This document shows positions 52,029-64,000 of a DNA stretch of 64,000 nucleotides, one piece after another (positions within the stretch are counted from its first letter, which is position 1; the number at the start of each line of letters is the position of its first letter). Location: NCBI RefSeq assembly GCF_006345805.1, contig NC_042998.1, positions 74,152,001 to 74,216,000 on the forward strand. The letters are read 5' to 3'. The translations under genes were made by a program, and so were the position numbers. Below the pieces are notes generated by a model. The model saw nothing but the letters and a program-made list of their open reading frames with translations. It was not told the DNA's origin and ran no database searches. Origin of the DNA: Octopus sinensis. Lineage: Eukaryota.

Positions 52029-52055
52029 CACACATATATATATATATATATTATA
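49298..52055 (+). repeat. ~1.33-kb tandem duplication with microsatellite breakpoints
   Basis: Units 49298-50651 and 50652-51975 differ by a handful of SNPs and repeat-length changes. TACATGC(AC)n..(AT)n occurs at all three junctions. Confidence 0.92.
49420..49712 (+). mobile_element. tRNA-derived SINE (duplicated at 50746-51038)
   Basis: A box TGGCCCAGTGG and B box GTTTCGATTCC, followed by a non-tRNA body. Confidence 0.8.
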
Positions 52056-52517
52056 TATACACACACACATACACATGCACGCACACATACAGACATACAT
52101 ATATAGATACACACATACATACATGCTTGCACGCATGAAACAGCATTAGATAAAAGTAACGGTGCCCATAACATTTTTAATGCATATACAAAAGTAGAGT
52201 GGTGCTATCTGTAATATTTTGTTTTAGAGAAACTTTTCTCAAGATGCTTTGCGTGTAAAAACCAGTGGATCACCAGACACCAATGTTTCTGCCTGATTTA
52301 GCCACCTCAGTGATGAACCTGCCCCTTTCAGATATAGATACATATATTTGCATCGCTATCTTGATATCAGCTCACCTGGTTTCTTCTTATAGCCACTCTT
52401 ATACACCGTGGATTTAGTACTCAATGAATATTTCAGAGTGAAGTTCGAATTATTTCAGCACTACTACTTGTTTTCTGTATTGAGCACCTCTAGATCTCAT
52501 CTGTTTGTATATATATA

Positions 52518-52800
52518 TAGGGGCTGGAGAAAATAATGGAATCGCCTTAAAATTTCAAACCAATTTATTCTAATATGGGGTAGGACCACCTTTGGCAGTA
52601 ATTACAGCTTGAATTCTGCGGGGTATGGACTCGTACAAAGTTTCAATTGTTTCCACAGGAATTTTTGTCCATTCTTCAGCTAAAACAGTCACCAGTTCTT
52701 GCAGTAATAATGGTGGATGATACCGGCTCCTTACTTGTTTTTCTAAAATACACCATAAAGGTTCAATAATATTGAGATCTGGGGACTGTAGTGACCAACC
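52518..52800 (-). mobile_element. Tc1 fragment, same family as 14864-16138
   Basis: Aligns by eye to 14864-15145 (TIR end plus transposase C-terminus). Confidence 0.8.
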
Positions 52801-52810
52801 CAGGTGCCAA

Positions 52811-52856
52811 GATACCTGATGAAGGCTGGAGAGTATATCAGCCGAAACGTTGCGTT
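52811..52856 (+). ncRNA. Minimal hammerhead motif in a PLE-type terminal-repeat fragment
   Basis: CTGATGA-a-GGCTG gagagtatat CAGCC-GAAA-CGTT, with a palindromic AACGTT. Stem I is mismatched in this copy. Confidence 0.55.
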
Positions 52857-53164
52857 AACAACAAACAAGATGAGGACAAATATCCGTCAATTGTTAATAA
52901 TGTAAATAAATACGAAAGGCTTTTAGTGTTCGTGTAATGTGCGTTGACAGAATGAGTCCTCGAAAGAAAATTACTTTGTAGTATTTTGATTCTGTTCGTG
53001 CTATTTCCTTTACATCAATAAAAATGTACCAGCCCAAGTACTGGGGGTTGGCAAAATAATTTAAATCTCCTTAAGGCCAAAACCCAGCGTGGTCGAAACT
53101 AGGGAAAAGAAAAAAAATGAAAATAATGAATGCCATCGAAAACGCAAAAATAAGATAAATAATT

Positions 53165-53520
53165 ATCTATCATTTACGAAGGCATACCCAAAAGAAACTG
53201 GAATTTTACAAAATTATTTTATTCACTTAGTCTTACATGTTTACACTTTTATCGCCTTCAAAGTATTCTCCATTTGAAGTAATGCATAGGTCCGGAACCG
53301 TTTTCCACTGCTCAAATCAGTCCTGGATTTCTTATGAAATGGTGCCTTTTAACGGCTCCATTATTTTTATGATTTTACTTCTTCCACATCTGCAAAACAT
53401 TTTCCTTTAAGTTGCATGGAGAAAGATTGGATGAATAGGAAAGGTGTGTAAGCGAGGTGATGCCATTTTGGGTCAAAACCTGTCTCACAAATTTGTTTGG
53501 AGTTTCAAACTTGAGCTTCT
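53165..53520 (-). mobile_element. Old mariner-like 3' fragment
   Basis: TACGAAGGCATACCCAAAAG end, followed by sequence resembling a reverse-strand mariner C-terminus (recall only). Confidence 0.45.
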
Positions 53521-55479
53521 TTTCGTCGTTTAGCCAGGAAGGGAATGAGTGGACCCAGTAGCCTTTTATTCTTTTCTTATTTTTCTTTCGAGTTGGGGGT
53601 CAATGATTCTGAGATTGACGGGTAGAAGGGATGAAGTTATTCTCAAACTGGAGAATTATACCGAAAGTTTGAAAATGGGTGTATTCCACTACAGATACCT
53701 TAGCACAAGTTGGTCGTGTTGAACCAAAAGTAACTGCAAATAGCATGAACCGAAACGAATACCACAAAAACATCTCATATAGCGTTTTAAACAAACCCTT
53801 TAATCCTCTTACCAGGATTGGCACCTTAACTTATCAACGCCTAACGGCTGAACGATGATCCTGACCTCCATGGTATTTCAGTTTAATGGATTAAGTTATT
53901 TCTTATGTTATTTTGCTTGAGCAATAACAGTTCAGATACACCACTTATTACACCCAATTATTATCATAAGACCCCTGTTCAGGGAGTTTTGAAATATCAC
54001 GAGATATCACCATATCAACACGAATATATATCACTTTGCGAAAAAAGCTAGCAACGTAGTCACCCGACCAGTTAAAAATGGCAGCCAACATTCCTTCACA
54101 TTACTGCCTATTAGCTGAAAAGAAGAAAAACCACATCGGATCGTGTGACGTTTAATGCTATATGCCTGTGAGACACATTGAATAAAATACTCCTACATAA
54201 AAAAGACAAAAACGAAGCAATACAATATTTTATCAGAGGTCGGCTTGATCAAAGCTGCCCTGAGGCTAAACAGCAAGAAGAGAATAATTATTCTGAAGGA
54301 AATTTCCCAAACTAAATTTATCTGCGTTAAATTCTATCTGTTAATAGATTTGTCCCAGCAATGGTATTTGTCGAATTGTCTAATGATATTAATATGAAAA
54401 TAACAATAAGCTGGAGGGTTCATATCTTGTAAAGCAGAGTTCATATCTTTTCGAATAAAAATGGACGAGAATCAATCAATATTCGTATCAAAGTGTGGGA
54501 CAACACCTACCGGTAACTTGCAAAATAATAGAGGTAACGCTTTCTTTTGAGTTTTGAAGAGCAACACTAGAAAAGCAGCCAAATGTCACTGAAGTTATGC
54601 CCCAATTTTTTCATAGAAGAAAGATGCATTACATAAAGTGGTCGAAGTCTGGGGGAAAAATTGATTTGCCTTAACAAGAACGTCTTTGCCCATGCTCCTC
54701 CTCAATAAGGGGCTGACTTAAGACTACATGGATCTCCTCGATCAGGACTGAGCTGGGGCTAAACAACCAAGGTTGCTGGGAAGTTTAATTTACAATTTAA
54801 TTCTTATCTAAGGCGTGGCATAGTAAAGTTAAAGATATTCAGTTTCTAATTAAATAACGCTCATTATTGAAATAAGATACAAATTAGAAACTCTTGTTTA
54901 TTTAGACAAGCTACTTCAAATTTGAAGTAAAATATCATGGAATTAAATTACAACCAGATCAGATAAATATCCAGTAAGAGGTCTTTAGAGATATCATTAT
55001 TCGTCTGTTTATCTCCTTTTAATTAAAGGTTATAGGTTAGGCAAGTACAAATTAACAAGACAAGATGAAAATCTTTTAAAACTTTATTTGAAAACAAAAT
55101 AAAAAATATATATCATTACAGCTATACACATAACATACATAGAAACATAATTAACTTTATATATATGATTATATATTCGCATATGTGGCATTATATATAT
55201 ATATATATACGTATTTATATGCGTAAATATATATACATACATATGCATATACATATAGATAAATACATACATATTTATGATTAATAACATTTTTTTTCCT
55301 GAACAAGCTCAATCGAAGAGGTGACTCTATGTTTGTATAGTTCAGAATGATGGGGGTTGAGTTTCTGTAAAGGTTTGATTGTTAGGAAATAATTATAAGA
55401 AAACGTCCAAGTAAACAGGTCTCTGTTATTGAGCTTGTTAGAATAAAGTATAATATACAGTTAACTATAAAGACATAGG

Positions 55480-55598
55480 TATGTATGTGTGTGTATTTTT
55501 TATGCAAGTGTATGCATACATACATGTATGCATGCAATAAATACATATTATGTATGTGTGTGTGTGTATATATATGTATATATATATATATATTAATA

Positions 55599-55653
<55 letters not shown>

Positions 55654-55812
55654 TGTGAGAGTGGAGTTTTAGGGTAGGCCCATTGAGTTCGGGGCATTTT
55701 TTATCACAATAGGACTGTTAACTATAACAAAAACCAAAAAATGTAATAATGTTGCTAAAACTTTATAGCAATAATGGACTTTTGAGCAACCCTATATACA
55801 TATATACATGCC

Positions 55813-55877
<65 letters not shown>

Positions 55878-56313
55878 CATATATATACATATATGAATAT
55901 ATGTATATATATATGTATATATGTGTATATGTGTATAATATGTGTATATATATATATATGTATATATGTGTATATGTATGGATATACGTATATATATGTG
56001 TATGTATGTATGTATGTATATATAAATATATATATACACACACATATATACAGATGTCTATACATATCTATATATATATAGGTATGTATATGTGTATGTA
56101 TGTATATATGAATATGCATGCCTATATATATGCGCATCTATGTATGTAATGTGGTTGTGTGTGTGTGTGTGTGTGTGTGTGTAATTAAAAGCAAACAGAA
56201 CTAACAAATGAATAAAGAAAACAAGCCAAAAAGTGTTCAAAACCGTGTTTGCTTTTAACTACGTGTATGTCAGTGCGAATATATGTATGTATATGTAAAT
56301 GTGTATGTATACA

Positions 56314-56364
<51 letters not shown>

Positions 56365-56376
56365 TATATATACATA

Positions 56377-56409
<33 letters not shown>

Positions 56410-56425
56410 ATGAATTAATAAATAA

Positions 56426-56481
<56 letters not shown>

Positions 56482-56881
56482 TAAACATATATAATGTATA
56501 TGTGTATACCTGTGCATGTGTCTGTGTGTGTGTGTGTGTGTGTGTAGAACAAGCTCATTAGTCTGTGTGCAAGACACACAACACCACCAACAACAACATC
56601 CACAACAACACAACAGTACAACAATTCAACAATATTCAGCACATGAATATGAAAATACAGCAAGGTGAAATCCGTACAAGCAAATAGAGACAATAAACGG
56701 TTAATGTTATATACACACACGCAAACACACGTCACGATATTGAGATAGGTACAACATATATACATACATACACCTACTATATATACATATATATAATATA
56801 TCGTATATACATATATATATATATATATATATACATACATATATTTATATACATATATATACTTATATATACATGTGTATA

Positions 56882-56935
<54 letters not shown>

Positions 56936-56940
56936 TATAT
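55480..56940. repeat. TA/TG/TATG microsatellite-dominated region
   Basis: Direct reading of the sequence. Confidence 0.9.
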
Positions 56941-57749
56941 ATATATATATGCAGTATTTGCTCTGTTGTTTGATGCTTTGATGCGATGGTATGAATCCAT
57001 ATCAGTTTCTTCAGATCTCTTGGCAGATGCCAAATTTTCTTTTCTTAATTTCTTATTTTTGTTTGTTTGTTTTATTTTGTTTTCTTCTTTTTTTAATATA
57101 TATATAATTGAACCAGCTTCGGCAGTCTAACAGGTCACAGCAGCACCAGGTATTAAGCCCAGCGTCGTCCTTATTTTAAATCCATATTTAATGTATTCAA
57201 AAATGGATCGTTCTCGAAGTTGTACACTGTCAATCCTTTTTTTTTTTTTTCTTTTTCGGTTTTGCATAAATTGTCGGTTTGCATAAATTTACATCCACCC
57301 TCCAAACATACGCTCTAACACAACTCAACTCTCCACATAATGATACATAATCGTGCCCGTCAGGACCGACACTCAGCGGCGTCCTTAGATCACGTTCCAT
57401 TTTGTGTAAGTATTATAGAAGTCTGATTGATATTGCAAGAGTGGAAAATATTCAAATAGATAACACTCTGCAAAAAAAAATTGGCTTCTTTTCTTCAAAT
57501 GTTCTTTGTAATGTGCAATGAAACGGTAGAAGTTATAAACTAGTATTTATTAGAGATAACTTATTTCCGTAGAATGGTACCATGACTAGAAAAATAAACA
57601 GATTTCCGTAGTTATATCCTGGTTTTAATAGGTTTGAAGTAGTTCAGATCACTGGGTAATTATGCGTGTGTCTGATAGGAGCAATGTGCGAGCAGAGAAA
57701 ACTTCAGTGTTAGCCTTATATATATTTGATATATACAATATCATGTATA

Positions 57750-58083
57750 TGTGTGTATATATAACTATGTATGTAATATGTATGTAATATGTATATATAT
57801 ATATATACATATATATATGTAGATATATGTGTATATATGTGTGTATACACAATTATATATGATCTATATATGATATGTATAATATTATGTCTATGTGTGT
57901 ATTTATAATTATAATATATATACGAAGGGCGTAGGCTCGAAATGTAAAAGACAGTTTCCCCGAGCATTAAACTAATACACCTGCTTGTTGTTTCTACAAC
58001 TGTCTTTGTCTTTTGTTTTGTGTTTTGTTTTCTGTAAATTTGAACTATACATATATATGTGTGTGTGTGTGTGTGTGTGTAAG

Positions 58084-58124
<41 letters not shown>

Positions 58125-58131
58125 ATGCATG

Positions 58132-58189
<58 letters not shown>

Positions 58190-58335
58190 CTGTATACTTA
58201 TAATTATAAATATAAACATATATAAGTATATATATACATATATACATATATATATACATATATGCATATATATATATATATATATGAATATATATATGTG
58301 TGTTTATGTATACATATATATATGTGTGTGCGTGT
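57750..58335. repeat. TA/TG microsatellite-dominated region
   Basis: Direct reading of the sequence. Confidence 0.85.
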
Positions 58336-58998
58336 GTTGGGGTGGGGTGCCATCACCACAACATTTGAAAGAGATAGACTATGGGAAATCATTATACTTG
58401 CATATTTCATATAGGAAAGCTGTCGGTTGGTTTTCTGAAGGAAAGCCGGTTTAGACATTTTCATCACACGAAAGCTTGCAGACAAAAGGACATTACAACT
58501 TAACGGCGGAATTCCACCTGATAAACTGTTTTAATTCACTTCGTCCTTTCTTTCTCTTACTTGTAGCCTATTTGTTGTTTTTCCATCCTATAAGTATGCC
58601 ATTTGTCGTATCGAAATGTCAGCTGTAGACAGTTCAGATAAGCTGTATATATTACTTAACTAGTTACACACACACACACACACACACACACAATCATACA
58701 CGCACACGGTTGTGTGTGTGAGACTTTGATTCTCATATTCCATTTGTCAATTTATCTCCCATTTATTACTTCTTTATATCGCAATTTCTCTGTTTTAGTA
58801 ATCTCTCCCTCTCTTTCTCACTCTCTCTTTCTCACTCTCTCTTTCTCTCTCTTTCTCTCTCTCTCTTTCTCTCTCTTTCTCTTTCACTCCCTCTATTCTT
58901 CTCACACTTGTTCTTTGTATACGTGGGATCACCATATCATCATCATATACACAAAACATTCAAACACACACACAGATACATTACCATATGATTACAAG

Positions 58999-59052
<54 letters not shown>

Positions 59053-59633
59053 CGTGCGTGTGTGTTTGTGTGTCTGTATGTTTGAGCGCATAATTTATTT
59101 CTCTGAAAGTACATAACGTTACGTAATATATTCGTGTGCATATGTGTACAAAGGCGTGTTTTGTTTATAGATCTCCAGTATGTCTTCTCTACTTTGTAGT
59201 GTAGCCCATTTATACGGTTCCAGATCTTTGTGAATATGTCTGATTCTTTTGGTAAGTGCTGCCTGGAAAGAGAAAGTTTAGAAAAAAATCATAAGATATA
59301 GGTATATATATATATATATACATAAAAAAATAAGTAAATATATTTACTCAGGGACTGGAATTTATGGTATTATCTTTAATTCTTTAGTTACTATTGTTTC
59401 CATACAACATGAAATATACATTTCATGAATATAAATATGAATATGAATATAATGAATTCATAATATCATAACAATATATCCTTTTTCTCAATGTAAACCA
59501 TGTGCATTTTTTCCGACTAAGTCCCAAACAGTAATACATTTAACACTTGGAATATGTTGGTATTCATGGATTTTTACAGTTCAGCAGGAAAAGAGAGAGA
59601 GGAGAGAGGTAGATGGATATATATATATATATA

Positions 59634-59703
<70 letters not shown>

Positions 59704-60978
59704 TATATATATATGTATATATATATATAGTTTGTAGTATATATATAGAAAGAGAGAGATAGAGAGAGAGAGAATAAACCATATAGTTGGTAACACATAT
59801 GCACACACATTCAGTTACATTTATGAATATATTTGCTGCATCTGTCTGTTAAAAAACAGTTAGCAATTTGGTTAGTTTTGTTTTCAGTTACAGAGATTCG
59901 TATATCTTTCGGTTTTTGTGAATATATTCACATTTTATAGAAGATTTTTTTTAATATTGTTCTGAAAGGGAAAATTCATATTAAAATTGCAAGATATGTA
60001 AGCTAGAATATTAGAGATATACTTCGCCCAGACAAGTGATTTGATCTGAGATCATGTGTTGAAACTAAAATGATTACAACCTGAACACATATTAGCCTTT
60101 CAAACATACACTAAAACTCAAATCTTTATCAAACTTCACTTAGACGTTCATTATTTGGTGTCTTCGCCACAACTGTGATTTGATCACTGACATGATTCCA
60201 CTAAATGCAATCACAGAGAATTAAATACAAGTTAATGAATGATGAAAGGCTGTATAAACAACAAGAGACATTTCGGAGCCAATAATATTTAGATATCGTA
60301 CGCAGTTAGAATACACACTATAATGTTTAAGATTTTAAAGTAGCCGCTTAAATAATTGTCTGTTTTATAAGTATGTTGTATTTCAGTTAGATATACCTGA
60401 TTTTTATTTACATGAGACATATCTTTGTTTCATTTAATATTAATATGGATATCAATGCAGTAACTGATAATAGATGCACTAGCTGGAAGAAAACCTGTCC
60501 AAATTAATCTCTAACATCCATTTGACAATAACAGATATGTTCGCTATTTGAACAGCAAGCCGCAATGTCAACACTTATTCCTTAAATTCTAAATAGCAAG
60601 CTTGATCCTAAGATTTCAAGATTTCTCTTTGATAGATTGTAAAGTCTTCCTTTGAGAGAATAATCAGGATTAGACAATGGTAATATATCACGCCAAACTT
60701 TAGATGCTTCTTGCCTTCTGTACATTTACGTGGAGGGTGATACTCAGAGTGTATGCATGTGTGTGTGTGTGTGTGTGTTTAAATGTGTGCGTTAGTTGAG
60801 TGGCAATATAGCTGACACCGTATTTTCTTCAGTATAGTTGCATCATGTCTATATATGTGTGCATGAGTCTAGGTGCCAATGTATTTGTACGTATGTATAT
60901 ATGTATGTGAGTGCTCGGGTGTGCTTAGTTAATTTATCGGTTCAAATCTCCTGCTACTTGTGTGTTAGCGAAAGAGAA

Positions 60979-61035
<57 letters not shown>

Positions 61036-61156
61036 GAGAATCTGCTATGTTGTTGTACAGGGGTATTTCGCTATGTTCGTTCAGATGTGGGTGAAAAGTG
61101 ATGAGTGATTGAAAGTGTGCATATACGTAGTTACGTTTGTATATGTGTGCGCATGC

Positions 61157-61254
<98 letters not shown>

Positions 61255-61679
61255 ATAATAAATATATAAATATATATATTACATACATATATATACATAT
61301 ATACATATACACATGCCTCACATCTGCTGCGGTATGAGCAGTTTAAAAATATCTTGTAAAATACAATACAATTGTGAGTAGGCTTTTAAAGTACTTTGGT
61401 TTCTTAGACAATAAAGAAAACAAAAAAAAACTTGAAATACTTGCTCAAAGAAGCAAAGATTATAAGAAGGCTTTTAGAATAAATAGTTGGCGGAAAAACA
61501 AGATAACTTTCTCAGTAACGATTTATAATGCAACAGAATGCGTGTGTTGAGAAAATAAGCCTCTCTGCGTAACGAACTTGATAAACCTACAAGGAATTGC
61601 AGCTTCCAGAGTTGAACAGTAACTTCTTACCATTTAATGATTCCGCTGAAAGATGGTTAATAACTTTGAGAATTACAAA

Positions 61680-61880
61680 CGATTATTATACACACACACA
61701 CACACGCACGCACGCGGGCACACATTCACACACACACGCACGCACGCACACATTCACACACACGCACACATGCATACATACATTCGTACATGCATACAGA
61801 CACTCGCACGCATTTTTCTGTCAGTGTATGTGTGTATTATATATATATATATATATACATACATACATATATATATATAT

Positions 61881-61954
<74 letters not shown>

Positions 61955-62047
61955 TATATATATTTATATATATATATGTCTGTGTGTATGAGTGTGTGTG
62001 CGCGCATATGAAAATATATATGTATTTATGTATGTGTGTTTGTATAC

Positions 62048-62080
<33 letters not shown>

Positions 62081-62230
62081 GTACGTGTGTATGATATATA
62101 TGTGTATGTGAGTGTGTATGTATATATGTGCGTGTGAGTGTGTATATATATATATATATTTGTATGTGTGTGTATATATGTATGTATGTATGTAAACGTA
62201 TATGTATATATAAACAAACACATACGCGTA
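61680..62230. repeat. CA/TA/TG microsatellite-dominated region
   Basis: Direct reading of the sequence. Confidence 0.9.
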
Positions 62231-62322
62231 CATGTTATATTGAAATAATTTGTTATTATTGAGGATATTTGGACCAACATAGGATGGTGGTGAGTTCCAA
62301 GCAAACTGAATCGGATATCCAT

Positions 62323-62545
62323 GTTTAGCCTCTTGTGGGCAATAAAGAAATAAGAAACGTTAGCACGCCGGTGAAATGCTTAGCAGTATTTCGTCTGTCT
62401 TTACGTTCTGAGTTCAAATTCCGCCGAGGTCGACTTTGCCTTTCATTCTTTCGGAGTCGATAAATTAAGTACCAGTTGCATACTGAGGTCGATCTAAACG
62501 ATTGGCCCCCTCCCCAAAACTTTCAGGCCATATGCTAGAGTAAAA
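62323..62545 (+). mobile_element. SINE (second family) preceded by its own tail segment
   Basis: ATGTTTAGCCTCTTGTGGGCAATAAAGAAATA is joined directly to AGAAACGTTAGCACGCC (head-internal sequence). Confidence 0.8.
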
Positions 62546-63139
62546 AAAAATATCTATTACATCTAAGATAGTTTCCTCCGCATTCGTTCTTTTCATCTAT
62601 CATGTGTGTCTGTTTATATGTAAATGTGTGTGTGTGTATGCATGCATATATATTTATACACACTCATGACATAGAAAACAGCAGTTTGTTCCTGCAAGCC
62701 AGCATACAGTGGGTCAACACACCGTGAGTTACAGTTCATATTCGTGGATGGAACAAACTCTTGGTTTGGTGGAAGGTAACTTGGTAGTGGACTATGGAAA
62801 ACCATAAAAGCTAAGGGGCAAGTCTGGAAAGAGTCGAGGAAAGACAGAGAGCGAGGATTAGTATTAGGTTGATAGATGTGATAAGCGTCAGAGATATCTA
62901 GCGAAGAGTGAGAGACGAAGCCGAAAGTAAGAAATTTTCTTATGCATGCCGTAAGTATCTGGGGCATGAGGTATTCCGGAGTGTGAAGTAATGCGTCAAG
63001 ATAAAACAAGACATCGATGGCTTCCTCCCTCTCAGCCATGCTGCGACAAGGACGTGGAACCGCTACTAGTGTCTGATAAAGAGAATATATGGGGAAAGAG
63101 GGATTAATCCAAGTAAATCCAACAGTGAGGCCAACACGT

Positions 63140-63830
63140 GTGACTGTTTATGGAAGAAAGAGCCATTAAGAATATGAAGGTAGGAAAAGTAGTTAGGCCA
63201 AAAGAGACAGTTGCCGAGGAGCTTGTATTATTCGGTCAAGTAGAGGATGCACAGGTAACTCGCTTAGTAAATCAGGTTATCCAGAAAAGTGTCACCCCTG
63301 CCCTCCAATAACTGGCATAGTAGTGATATCTTCAACCCTGGGCGGACAAAAAGTTATGTTTTGGCAAGAAATAACTACAGAGGCATTAAACTAATGAACC
63401 ATGTCATAAAAGTAGCAGAGAATGTTATAACAGATGTTTAAATGAAATACAAATTTGTATTGTGATAAATGAGGAACCATGAATACTTTTTCTAAGAGAA
63501 GAAGCAACAGGAGAATTTCTGAGCCAAGCACAAACCATTACGCCTAGCATTTGTTGGCTCGGGAAGCCTTCAGATACGATACGGGAAATGAATTCTGGCA
63601 GTCTTTAAGAAAACTGAGTTTAGAAGAATCGCTTCGGGAAGCTGAGTAAGCTGTATACATAGAAGATATTAGTTAAATTAGATTTGCAACGAAATGAGTT
63701 CAGTAATTTAGCATGCAAATACTTATCATAAGAGAAGCTCACACCTCACTCTCTTTATGATAATTTTCCAGGTCATAACAGAGGAACTCGAGGCTCGTTG
63801 CTCGTGAGAACTCTTGTATGAGACAAGTTA
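63140..63830 (+). pseudogene. Old RTE/BovB-like RT fragment
   Basis: It reads AIKNMKVGK, NNYRGIKLMNHVIKVAE (63370-63420), KPLRLAFV, WQSLRKL and PLLFMII...ELLY, with many disruptions. Confidence 0.75.
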
Positions 63831-63924
63831 GCTCTCTAGTTCTATATTTAAGGGATGAGGAATTATGTACATTATTTACATTATTTATATTTGACGAATA
63901 TTTGTCCGCATCTTGTTAGTTGTT

Positions 63925-64000
63925 AACACAAAATTTCGGCTGATATACCCTCCAGCCTTCATCAAGTGTCTTGATATACCCTCCAGCTTTCATCAAGTGT
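63925..64000 (-). ncRNA. Hammerhead-like motif (family of 52811-52856) with a 29-bp partial tandem duplication
   Basis: The reverse complement reads ACAC-TTGATGA-aGGCTG...CAGCC-GAAA-tttt-GTGT. The repeat lies at 63941-63969 and 63972-64000. Confidence 0.45.

Noticed and set aside
62614-63039. 141-aa minus-strand ORF as a host gene
   Set aside because: No recognisable domain, it ends in a microsatellite, and it lies antisense just upstream of a decayed RTE fragment.

Overview
This is eukaryotic, AT-rich, repeat-saturated genomic DNA, most likely cephalopod (octopus). That assignment is inferred from recall of the SINE families and the TA/CA/TATG/AAT microsatellite load, not from a search. No host gene can be identified with confidence, and nearly all long ORFs in the track are microsatellite translations. 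The window is a transposon graveyard. It holds three tandem R4/Dong-like RLE LINE 3' ends in (AAT)n, the middle one a precise chimera, and two Penelope-like elements (PLEs) plus PLE terminal-repeat fragments carrying hammerhead-ribozyme motifs. It also holds a decayed minus-strand Helitron with five nested insertions, two non-autonomous Helitrons, and a young 5'-truncated RTE-like LINE with an open RT frame and an 11-bp TSD. Full-length but defective Tc1 and mariner elements, several MITEs and many tRNA-derived SINEs are present, along with a 1.3-kb tandem duplication and a 100-N gap across which CpG density appears to jump. The most unusual observations are a TIR element flanked by a 64-bp direct duplication, the LINE chimera, head-to-tail SINE multimers and the hammerhead motifs. 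No clearly new biological system is demonstrated.
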